A stretch of DNA of 20,000 nucleotides, taken from assembly GCA_051047955.1 (NCBI GenBank), contig JBPGPT010000054.1:55560-75559 (forward strand). The letters run 5' to 3'. The notes under the pieces are model-generated. The model searched no databases and was not told where the DNA came from. It saw only the letters and a program-made list of their open reading frames with translations. The stretch is from Cystobasidiomycetes sp. EMM_F5 (taxonomy: Eukaryota). A program made the translations under genes and the position numbers. How positions within the stretch are numbered: the first letter of the stretch is position 1; each line of letters begins with the position of its first letter. This document shows, one piece after another, positions 10,672-20,000 of this stretch.

Positions 10672-11279
10672 ATGACCAGTCTGCCTTCAGTGCCGGACGG
10701 CGTCGCTTCCCCTTCCATCGCAGCAGCCCTGTCTGCCTTTTCGAGCCTGGCTGTTGCTGGAACCTCTTCAATATCATCGCTGCCTTCAGAGGTCGCTGCT
10801 GCCATTGACGCATCCCGAGCTCAGGATGCTGCGACCAAAGGTGCTGATGCCGTGTTTAGGTTGTAATAATAATGGCTGACTTGGTGACTCCCTTCCATTC
10901 CTTTACCTCCAGTCGTCATCCTCTTTCAGCCCACAGGAAGCGCACCCGTCCTCAAGCAAAAGTATCGCAAAATCACTGCAAGCAACAGGTTTCAGGCCGT
11001 GATTGCGTTTCTGAGGAAGGAACTCGGTTGGCAGCCTCAGGATAGCTTGGTGGGTTGGTTTGAATGGGGGATTGTTAAATGCTAATGGACGTGTCAACAT
11101 CCCAGTTTCTCTACATCAACGCTGCATTCAGCCCTGCGCCAGATGATACCGTCGCAAATTTATACAAGGTGCGTCTCTGTCATTCACTATCGCCGTGGAG
11201 GCTCACAGGCATCGTACAGTGCTTTGGAACGGACGGCGTCCTCATCGTCAACTATAGCTCGACAGCAGCCTGGGGCTAA
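10672..11279 (+). CDS. ATG12: Ubiquitin-like autophagy protein Atg12, 142 aa
   Basis: Exons 10672-10840, 10913-11049, 11106-11168 and 11220-11279 total 429 nt. Protein includes [80 protein letters not shown], with the conjugating C-terminal Gly. Confidence 0.95.
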
Positions 11280-11449
11280 CACCACAGCATCACTCTTCGC
11301 TCAGTGTTATTGTTGTTGTATCACTGCATATGCTACACATTGCGAAATGCGCCCCTTGCAAACGTAAAATAACAAGACTGCAATGCTGCTATCTTTGTGT
11401 TTGACGCACGTCTTGCGAAAAATGGCTCCTTGTATTGCCATGTATACAA

Positions 11450-12675
11450 CTACAGCTTACTGCCTTTCAGATCCTTCCTCCCTTCTTTTGGCGGCTTGTT
11501 GTCGCTGAGCATAGACTGCGGATACGTCGGTCTTTGCGGTAGAGTCCCCTTCTTGAGCTGATCCACAGCTATGCGGACAAGTTCCCGCCTAGAGAGCTGT
11601 CCAGGCGCTTTGCGTTCAAAGTCGGGTTCGTGACCGTACGCAATCTTGGCTACGTGGATCAGAATGTCGGCGGTAAACCCCCATATGGGATTGAGGCGGC
11701 CTTCAAAGCGAAACAAGCGATACGGTTTATCCTTCAGCCACTTTATATCATACTGTAGTCGATACGGCTTTGTGCCGTTGTAGACCGTATGTGGGACATA
11801 GTGAGGCGCAGGTGGCGCATCGGTGAGGAACGAGTGGAGCGGGTGAGAAAAGATGTTGGACACTTCGGACGGGTTGAGGTTCGGTTTGAGAGATGGATCC
11901 AGCAGGAAACACACGATGGGCGTTACCAATAAAGGGGAAGTTCTGCTGAGAAAAGGAGGGAGGGTGCACATGTGTCGAACAGAGTCGCGCGAGATGGGCA
12001 GCCCTATCTCCTCGAAGGCTTCTCGACGCGCAGTGTACTCTAGATCCAGGTCACTGGGTTCCATCTTTCCGCCAGGCAGAGCTACTTCTCCGGGCTGTCG
12101 TGTTATTAGCCAGTGCTCCTCGCCATTCACGGGATTCTGCAACTCACATTGACTCGCATATTGGGAGATCGCGTACTCAGTAACACATTCAGCTCTCCAG
12201 ACCTTCCGCCAAACAGTGCGACCATGACCGCCGCCCGCCGCTCTGACGGCCAATCTCGAAAGGTCATGCCATACTGTCGATGCTTTCGACCATATCTAGC
12301 GAGGTTTTGCAACGCGCTCAGCGAGCGGGCAGTGAGTGGATCCAGATCGAGAGGTGCCGAGTTCTCTGTAGCGCTGTTGCTATCGTCGTCTGATGTTGGC
12401 GCTTCTTCGTCGACGGCACTGCTGCTCTCGGTGGATGCAGATGACTTGGACTGCGACTGAGGCAGTACAAGCAGTTCCTCTGCTAGCGAAGCCAGAGTTA
12501 TGCTCGTAGAGGCTGCAACGCCGTCCAATATCTCGGGGTCGGTATCGTTGTCGGGCGATGGTTTATCTGATTCGGACGTTGACTGGCTGTCTGATAGATT
12601 CGCCTTCTCGTCCTTGTCCTGCTTTATATCCTTATCATTATCGCTACTCTCATCTCTGTCGTCTTTGCCAGTCAT
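11450..12675 (-). CDS. PCD1: Peroxisomal CoA diphosphatase-type Nudix hydrolase (PCD1/NUDT7 family), 390 aa, PTS1 SKL
   Basis: Exons 12675-12148 and 12094-11450. Contains the CoA-type motif RRAAVMVALF..VLLSTRSPNMRVN|PGEVALPGGK, the Nudix box GGKMEPSDLDLEYTARREAFEEIGL, then LNPSEV and IWGFTADIL. Ends KGSKL*. Confidence 0.9.
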
Positions 12676-12792
12676 CTATGCCATGTTTTGGGGCAGAGTC
12701 AAGCCAATTTGAACGCCAAACGATCTTTACATCCTCCCAATTCTGATAATTCTGCTCAGAACTGCTGCGTCTAGCCTCACTTATCGCCCATC
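12676..12792. promoter_or_regulatory. Putative bidirectional promoter between PCD1-like Nudix and RBG1
   Basis: Only 117 bp separate the divergent ATGs. Confidence 0.55.
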
Positions 12793-14783
12793 ATGACGAC
12801 CATACAAAAGTCAGTAATTGCCAGCTATTTGAACGCTTGTATGCTGATTCCGCGCTGCAATTTACAGGATCAAGGCAAGCGAGACTGCTACGGGATTCTG
12901 ACGAGCTATGCTGATGCTTATATACGACGATACTCTCTGTACGCAGGAAATTGAAGATGAGATGGTGCGCATCGCTAGCAGATTGCGGAAATTGTGTCCA
13001 CGAGGGTCTGATGGTTTGCATCATACTCGCTCGACAGGCCAAAACGCAGAAGAACAAGGCCACGAGCTTTCATTTAGTATACAACTCAACTTTCAGCGGT
13101 AGCTCTCAAGTAATGCTGATGCTCGTTCTACAACGCAGGGCCAACTCAAAGCCAAGCTTGCGAAATTAAAGAGAGAACTCTTGACGCCGTCTTCGTCCGG
13201 CGGCGGTGGTCCAGGCATTGGGTTCGATGTCGCGAGATCAGGTATCGCTTCTGTGGGCTTTGTCGGATGTAAGTATGGCTGTCACATTATCCGCCACCCT
13301 TTACCCTTCAGACTGATTTCGCATGTCCCGTGTCTAGTCCCATCGGTTGGTAAATCCAGTTTGATGAGCGGGATGACGGGAGTAGAGAGTATCGCGGCGG
13401 CATATGAGGCAAGCTTCGCCATCATTTTTAGGCGAAACCCCCATGCTGAACATCCGCATTCGTTTAGTTCACAACACTTACAACGTAATCTGAAGGCTTC
13501 ATGTGATAGAACGCCCTTTCTGATAATTTTGTTGATCAGGGTACCTGGAACGATTACAGTGCACGGTGCGCCCATCCAAATTCTAGATTTGCCGGGAATT
13601 ATCGAAGGTGCAAAGGACGGCCGAGGGCGAGGTAGACAGGTCATTGCTGGTCCGTCAGGTTGAATCCAGACATAGACGTTTCCTAACGATATAGTGCTTC
13701 AGTCGCGAGGTCTTGTGATCTAATTTTTATCGTGCTGGATGTCCTGAAGCCGTTAGGCGATAAAGCGCTTATAGAGAACGAATTGGAAGGCTTCGGTATC
13801 CGTTTGGTGAGGCCGTGTCTCCTTACGGAATTGACAATTCTGCTAAAAACCCGTGTATATGCATAGAATAAATCGCCTCCTCATATAGTAAGATCAGTAC
13901 TGGTAGCTTTGAAATTACGCTGCTAACGTTGATTTATATCCGTAGCTTATAAAGAAGAAGGACAAGGGTGGCATAACAATATCAAATACCGTCCCTCTGA
14001 CAAAGCTGGAGCCGGAAGAAATTAGAGCAGTACTGGCAGAGTACAAATTGTCGAATTGCGATGTAGCTTTCCGGTGCGATGCATCGTTGGATGAGCTCAT
14101 CGACGTCATTGAAGGCAATCGGATATACATGCCTTGCATGTAGGTGACTGCAATGCTCCAGGAGGTAGCACTCATGCTGATATTGCCCGTTGACAGATAC
14201 GTACTAAACAAGATTGATGCGATATCGATCGAAGAGCTGGGTGAGACTGCTTCCCGACTTTGCTTGACGGCGCATACATCGCAGGCGATAGGAATACTGA
14301 CTGTTTGCCCAATCTCGGATAGACTTACTCTACCGGATACCAAACTCTGTACCGATATCGGCGAAGATGTGGCTCAACATTGACGAACTTATCGATGTTA
14401 TGTGGGAGAAGTTGGATATGGTCAGAGTGTACACCCGCCCGCGAGGACGAGCACCCGATTACTCGTCTCCGGTCGTCCTGCCGAGATCCAAGTGCTCGGT
14501 AGAAGATTTCTGTAATGCTATCCATAGGTGGGTAGCACTCAATACAGGTGTGGGACGCTCTGACAGGACATGACGTACACATCAGGGATATTTTCAAGCA
14601 AATGCGGACAAGCATAGTATGGGGCACCTCCGCCAAACATTCAAGAGGGCAGAAGGTCGGGGGAGCGCATATCTTGGAGGACGAAGATGTCGTACAGATC
14701 AGTGAGATGACGGCTTCCTTAGTACCGTACTCGGACGTTACTGATCATGCTAAATCTGCGCTTATTCAGTCAAGAAGAATTGA
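12793..14783 (+). CDS. RBG1: Developmentally regulated GTP-binding protein 1 / ribosome-interacting GTPase Rbg1, 368 aa
   Basis: Fifteen exons: 12793-809, 12868-874, 12947-964, 13038-076, 13139-268, 13338-408, 13468-484, 13540-649, 13703-806, 13867-887, 13946-14139, 14197-240, 14323-527, 14586-701 and 14770-783, totalling 1107 nt. Protein includes [43 protein letters not shown]1 GFPSVGKS, G2 YEFTTLT, G3 DLPG, G4 NKID and a TGS domain. Confidence 0.96.
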
Positions 14784-15030
14784 AACACAGTCCGACTCAT
14801 GGGGCAACTTGTACCGCATTCAATTGGACAGGCTGGTTATTATTGTAACGTGGTAGTGGAATTTCTGGCATCGCAGCTCCTAGCTCAGTCAAAGCTCCGC
14901 ATCCTTTCCACAATTCCCATTGAAAAAAGATGGTCATGGATGATTTCGGATTCGAGGGAGCTTGTTCGGGGGCCGAAATGTTGCCAACGGAGTCTACTAC
15001 AGTGTTGTCATAACATCTGAAATATTGTTA

Positions 15031-16098
15031 CTAAGCTTCTTCTGAAATTGAGTGACGGAGCGTGCCGATATTTGTGATCTCCACTTCTACGACGTCTCCC
15101 TGACGAAGCCACGATGGTTCCGGCTTGCGAGCAAAGCCGACTCCGCCAGGAGTGCCTGTCAAAAATCGCGCAATGAGATTCACCATCGTTTGCACGAAAA
15201 TAATGTGAAAAAAGCATACCGGTCATTATGATTGTTCCAGCCTCAAGGGTCGTGCCTTGAGACAAAAAGGAAACCAAAGTCCTAACGTCAAAGCACAAGT
15301 CGCCGATGGATGTGCTTTGACGTTCCTCGCCATTGACGATGGTACGCATATGCAGCGCAGCAGGATCAGGAATGAGCTGCAGAGCGGTCTTTAGCCAGTC
15401 ATTGCAGCAAGGTCGGTCTTGCACTAACCTTGCTGGACACTATCAGCGGTCCGATGACACCGTAATTATCGAAGCCTTTGGAAAAACCCCACTGTGGCAC
15501 GGAACCCGCAAATTTCGGATCTCGCTGCCATGTCCGCGAGCTGACATCGTCCCCACAAGTGTAGCCGGCTACATAAGACATGGCCTCTTCAATGGGTATG
15601 TTCTTGCCCGTCTTTCCGACAATTACGCAGAGCTCGCCTTCGTAGTCGGCCTGCTTTGGATCTTGGCAGATTTTCGGAATCTCGACGACCACGTCTGGTC
15701 CGGCTAGCGCTGTCAGCGGTTTGAAGAAAACGGACGGATAGGGAGGAAGGGTGCGACCAGCCTCGAGGACTGTAGAAAGGGCCTGTCAGGAGACAGCGCA
15801 ACTCATCGAGACGGTTGCACTCACTATGCTTTTTGTAGTTGAGTACAATACAGCGTATGGAAGGCACGTCTCGTCTGTCCAGGGGGCAGAGTAGCTTGTC
15901 TACCTTGACAGTCTCGGACGAAACTTCCAGGCCAGGGCCAAAGATGCCATTAGGAGCATTGAGCACTTGAGCTTCAAGTCGACCGGCTCTCGCGGCTTCG
16001 TGAAAATTGCTTGCTGTTGTGCTGGTGCTGAAGACGGGCTGTCCGTACAAGGTACGACTGCCGGACTCGAAGCGGATGAGGCGATCCCAAGGAGGCAT
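15031..16098 (-). CDS. Fumarylacetoacetate hydrolase (FAH/FAHD) family protein, 298 aa
   Basis: Exons 16098-15825, 15769-15429, 15376-15220 and 15155-15031 total 897 nt. Motifs: WDRLIRF, PSVFFKP, ADYEGELCVIVGK, YTCGDDVSSRTWQ, FSKGFD, LSQGTTLEAGTIIMTGTPGGVG and LRQGDVVEVEI. Confidence 0.92.
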
Positions 16099-16200
16099 GA
16101 TTTGAACTTGCGATGAGGAATGACAGATACAAAGAAAGTAACAGAGCGGCTGAAGGTTGAGGGAACCTGGTCACCACCTTGGAACCATTGCCCAAGCCGC

Positions 16201-16243
16201 CGGGAACGTCTCGGGAAGGGCGGATATCCCGGGGCTGTGACGG
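16201..16243. promoter_or_regulatory. CGG-triplet cluster, candidate Zn(II)2Cys6 transcription factor site, in the FAH/monooxygenase divergent promoter
   Basis: CGG occurs at 16201, 16212, 16221, 16230 and 16241. The cluster includes a CGGGAA direct repeat and an inverted CGG-ATATC-CCG at 16221-16231. Confidence 0.4.
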
Positions 16244-16326
16244 ATGCGTTCACATCAATACTAACGATGTAGAGAGCTGACCGATGACCTCCATGGCTTC
16301 AATCTGGACTCTGAGGGAGCGTAGAG

Positions 16327-18171
16327 ATGGCTGCCGCATCCTCATCCGCGAATCTACCATCTTCGACCGGAGTCAATGGCATCAACGGGGATGGACCTAG
16401 CAGAAGCCAGCTTTCGGTAAGTGGGGAGTTTGAGCACATCGGAATGAGATTCTTGCTACCGTATCGAAAGATTGGCTGCTTAAAGAGGCCCTTTGGGCTG
16501 CGAGCAGGTCCTCATTGTTGGCGCCGGACTGGGCGGACTCGCGGCAGCAATCGCATGCGGACGTGCGGGGCACTCTGTCACCGTCCTGGAAGCTGCGCCC
16601 AAGCTGTCGGAAGTAGGCGCTGGTATCCAATGCTCTCCCAATGTTGTCAAGTTATTCAAGCGCTGGGGAATGACGGATGCCCTGAGACGCCTGGCCGTGA
16701 AACCCGAACGGATCAATTTTCGAAGATATGCCAACGGAGCCGTCATTGGCAAGACAGAACTGCTTGAATTTGAGCGCGACTTTGGTGCTCCGTACTATGT
16801 AAGCTGCGATGACAGTGTGGATCGAGTTTTCACTGACACCATACTCAAGGTGGTCCATCGTGCACACCTTTTGGACGCTCTGTTAGGCCAAGCGCTGGCA
16901 GTGGGAGCTGATGTCAGTACCATTCTCTACACCATTCTCAATATCACCTTCTGACTAACCACATCTCCTCAGGTCAAGCTCGACAAACGGGTCTCGAGTA
17001 TCGTGCTCGAATCTGAAACTCCCACCATCACATGTGCAGACGGCTCTACGTACAATGCCGACTTAATCATTGGTGCGGATGGGATTAAATCCGTCACTCG
17101 TGGCTTTTTACTTGGCTCGGACGAGGAAGGACCTCAAACCACCCAGTTCTGCGCTTACAGGGCAACGGTTCCTGCCGAGGTTATGCGCCAACATCCAGAT
17201 ACCGCAGCACTCATCAGCGCACCAGAAATCAATCTTTGGGTGGGGCCGGAACGGCATGTCATGTCTTATCTCATTGCGGGAGGCGACACTTTCAATCTCG
17301 TTCTTTCGCACCCGGCCCCTCCGGCGAAGGGTCCGGCTGAAGTCTCATTGGAGCAGATTCTGAGGGAGATGCGAGATAGCTATGCCGGCTGGGATCCAGT
17401 GTGAGTTCGGTCATGCCATCCATAGCGATACAAAGCTCACAAAATCAATCGACACAGACTAACCAGAGTCATCTCACGTATCACCACGACTATGCGGTGG
17501 CCGCTAATGATCTACCCTTCTATGAAGCGTTGGACGAATTCTAGCAAGACATTAGCTCTACTGGGCGATGCTTGTCATGGCATGGTAAGTTGATCTTCCA
17601 AAGACAAGAATGGTATCTAGCTAATCAGATTATTGTGCAGCTGCCATACATGTCATCAGGAGCCGGTATGGCCATTGAAGACGCAGCAACGCTCGGCACT
17701 CTGCTAAATCGACCGAACGGCTATCCTTCCGATCCTATGCAGCGCCGTCTTCTGATCAGCGAGGCCTTGGATACTTACGAAGCTCTCAGAATCCCACGCG
17801 CAACAGAAGTACAGGAGAGAAGCGAGCTCAACGGGCGAATCTGGCACTGTAAGCAAGATTCCTAACAGAAGCACACTTCAAGCTAAATACAGGTTCAAAC
17901 AGATCACGATGGCCCTGCTCAGCGGGCTCGCGATAATGGCATGGCCGCTACCCTTACCAAGGAGCACTATATCCGGTCCACCAACCAATGGTCAGATCCC
18001 ACGACCCAGCTTTGGCTCTATGGACACGATGCCGAATCTCATGCAAGACGAGCGCGAGCTCCGGGGGGTGGCAGGCGGACGTCGATTCTCTGCCTGGGAA
18101 GCGACGGAGGAGTCAATGCCGACATTGCTGACATGCAAAGTGCGAATCTGCTTGGAGAAGTTCAATGCTGA
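16327..18171 (+). CDS. FAD-dependent monooxygenase (group A flavoprotein, salicylate hydroxylase-like), about 491 aa
   Basis: Seven exons: 16327-416, 16508-798, 16850-912, 16973-17400, 17458-584, 17641-848 and 17903-18171. Fingerprints: GAGLGG, EVGAGIQCSPN, HRAHL, IIGADGIKS (DG motif), LLGDACHGMLPYMSSGAGMAIED (GD motif), IWHY.DGPAQRARD and NQWSDP..LWLYGHDAE. The extreme C-terminus is less certain. Confidence 0.92.
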
Positions 18172-18426
18172 TGGGTAGCGTTTTGCCGGACCGAATAGCG
18201 GACAAGTTGGAGCGCTGTAGCTTGACCGTGTGGGAAGAAGACTAGTTGAGGGCAGGGTTGAGGGTAGGATAGGGTACAAAGGCCCTGCCTCGATTTTGCT
18301 TGTACATATTAACTTAAACATAAAGTCGGCTGGTCTTCCTGTAGATCTGCTTCTATGACGCACAATACAACAAATCTGGCTGAGTCTGAGGCAGCAACTG
18401 AAAGCAAGGCACTAGATTCTGATACG

Positions 18427-19068
18427 TTAAGCCTCAAGCGTCCGATTCAACGTCTGTACAGCCAGACTATAAGCCCGCTCCTTCTCCCGCTGTTGTATGC
18501 TACCCTGCTCCCAAAGAGCTTTTTGCCAGGCATGACCACATTCGCGCATCCCTTCGCATCTGATACCCGCCCTTCCTCTTCCGATAACTTTCTTCGCGAG
18601 TATCTCCGCGTCCCTGCATAGGCTGTCGCAAGCAGCTGTGATGAACAGGATTTCGTCAGGAAAATTCTCGGGTTCCATGAACAGAGGGAAAATTTTCGGG
18701 TTGCGTCGGTCTATCGAGGTACTGTATCCAGAAGGAGCATAATTCTCGCTAAAAAGGCGAACGACCCAGGCCGGAATACTCCTGCCGTGCAACGTGTCTG
18801 GGGGAATCTTGCTTACCGGATCGCTATCCAAGTCGACCGGAGGGTAAAAAGCTAGCACACATTGAAAAGTGCGCTTGGGAAAAGACGAAGAGACTGCCAC
18901 GAGCGCGAGATTGGCGCCGGCGCGGAATCCAGATAGAGTGAGCTTGCAGGTATCCCACTTCTCTGGCTGGACCAACACCCAATATATTGCGTCCTCCACG
19001 TGGTTGTTGCGCTGCGACAATGGGACAAAGTGTGCAAGAATTAATCTTGTATGATGTCGCAGCGACAT
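18427..19068 (-). pseudogene. Alpha/beta-hydrolase (HSL-like esterase/lipase) C-terminal fragment; probable pseudogene or pseudoenzyme
   Basis: Homology begins near VEDAIYWV..DTCKLTLSGFRAGANLAL and continues with AFYPPVDL, ITAACDSL and CGHAW. The nucleophile Ser of GFSAG is replaced by Arg. I found no upstream HGGG or DYRLAPE segment before the next gene. Confidence 0.7.
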
Positions 19069-19660
19069 TTATATGAGTTATCTTTCAGCTTCGCGCCCGT
19101 GCTGCGGAATCTGACTGCATGGAGCGTAGGCCATTACATTTAATCAACGCTTTTCATTCTGCCAGACACGCTGCGTACTTTGTTGGGGTCCCGGACGTGA
19201 CATTGCTGCTTTCACGACTCCCCCAAGCGTTTCGTCAATGCCACATGACAAGCACGACTCGCCGTGAGCAATCGTGTGGTCGAGCTAGTTGGCATTCTGC
19301 CATAGTGTTGCGCTTGCGTGGATGAATAATTGCCTTGACGCTTTCATGCCCGGGGTCCGAGCCCGTGTGAGGTGCTATCCTGGCGGGAAATACGCGCAAG
19401 CATTCATCAACGGTCTCCGCATCTCGAGCATGAAAAGCCTGCACAGTGTCAGTATGAGCTGGCTACTCGCCTTACCGCGCCAGAAGCGACTCCGTCTCGA
19501 TACGTACAGGCGCAGGGCTCAACTCTGCTGTCAGCCTGCTGTAGTGCTATCAAAACAAGATCAGTCGAGTTACAGCTCGCATCACTGAATAGTCAGAGGG
19601 TCATTAGTGCTATGGAGACCCTTCAAAGCTTGCATCGTCAGACCCGCTCAATTCAGGCCA

Positions 19661-20000
19661 ATGACCAGCCTTCAGGACATGCCCGCAGAGGTGCTCGAGC
19701 TCATACAGTACCATCTGCGTAGCTTGTCAGCGCACGTCGTCTTTGGCCAGCTGTGTTCTGCGACTCGACAGCTGTACTCTGGCGTTGACGGCGACAACAC
19801 CTGGCAAGCGATACTTCGACGAGCAGGCTTTTCGCGGCCGTCAGTGTGGAGTGCTCGATACAGCTGGGGTCAGATTGCGGGTGCGTTTCCGTCATGGCTC
19901 ATCTTGCAGTTGGCCATCGTCTGATGTGTCATGGTGCAGCTGGCGTCGTTGGCCATGGTCAACAGTGTCGAGCATGCAAGGGATTGCTGAAGCGTTTGCC
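19661..20000 (+). CDS. F-box-like protein, 5' part (continues beyond window)
   Basis: N-terminus MTSLQDMPAEVLELIQYHLRSLSAHVVFGQLCSATRQLY fits the F-box pattern L.dLP.EvL..I..hL.......vC......l. An intron at 19881-19939 is followed by an open frame (HGQQCRACK) to the window edge. Confidence 0.65.

Noticed and set aside
1..20000. Stop-codon readthrough (TGA-CTA) cryptic PTS1 signals, tRNA/rRNA genes, transposons and CRISPR arrays
   Set aside because: None of the modelled TGA stops is followed by CTA. I saw no cloverleaf, terminal repeats, transposase/RT motifs or repeat-spacer arrays by eye.

Overview
Gene-dense, intron-rich fungal DNA. It is probably from a basidiomycete yeast, inferred from short introns (mostly about 50-70 nt) with CTGAC/CTAAC branch points. 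Manual splicing gives 12 protein genes: (1) a small ABM/dimeric alpha-beta barrel protein ending in SRL (324-920, minus), which the ORF track does not resolve; (2) CTNNBL1, head-to-head with (3) an RBM42-like RRM protein; (4, 5) two tandem, diverged paralogs with a coiled-coil, a NYN/PIN-like domain, a CCCH finger and a shared, possibly LOTUS/OST-HTH-like C-terminal domain; (6) ATG12; (7) a peroxisomal CoA-type Nudix hydrolase (PCD1/NUDT7-like, SKL), head-to-head with (8) a 15-exon DRG1/RBG1 GTPase; (9) an FAH-family hydrolase, head-to-head with (10) a salicylate-hydroxylase-like flavin monooxygenase; (11) a truncated alpha/beta-hydrolase lacking its catalytic Ser; (12) the start of an F-box-like gene. 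The best novelty candidates are the tandem putative RNase pair and the FAH/monooxygenase mini-cluster with CGG motifs in its promoter. I found no rRNA, tRNA, transposon or CRISPR. All exon models are hand-derived and need RNA-seq confirmation.
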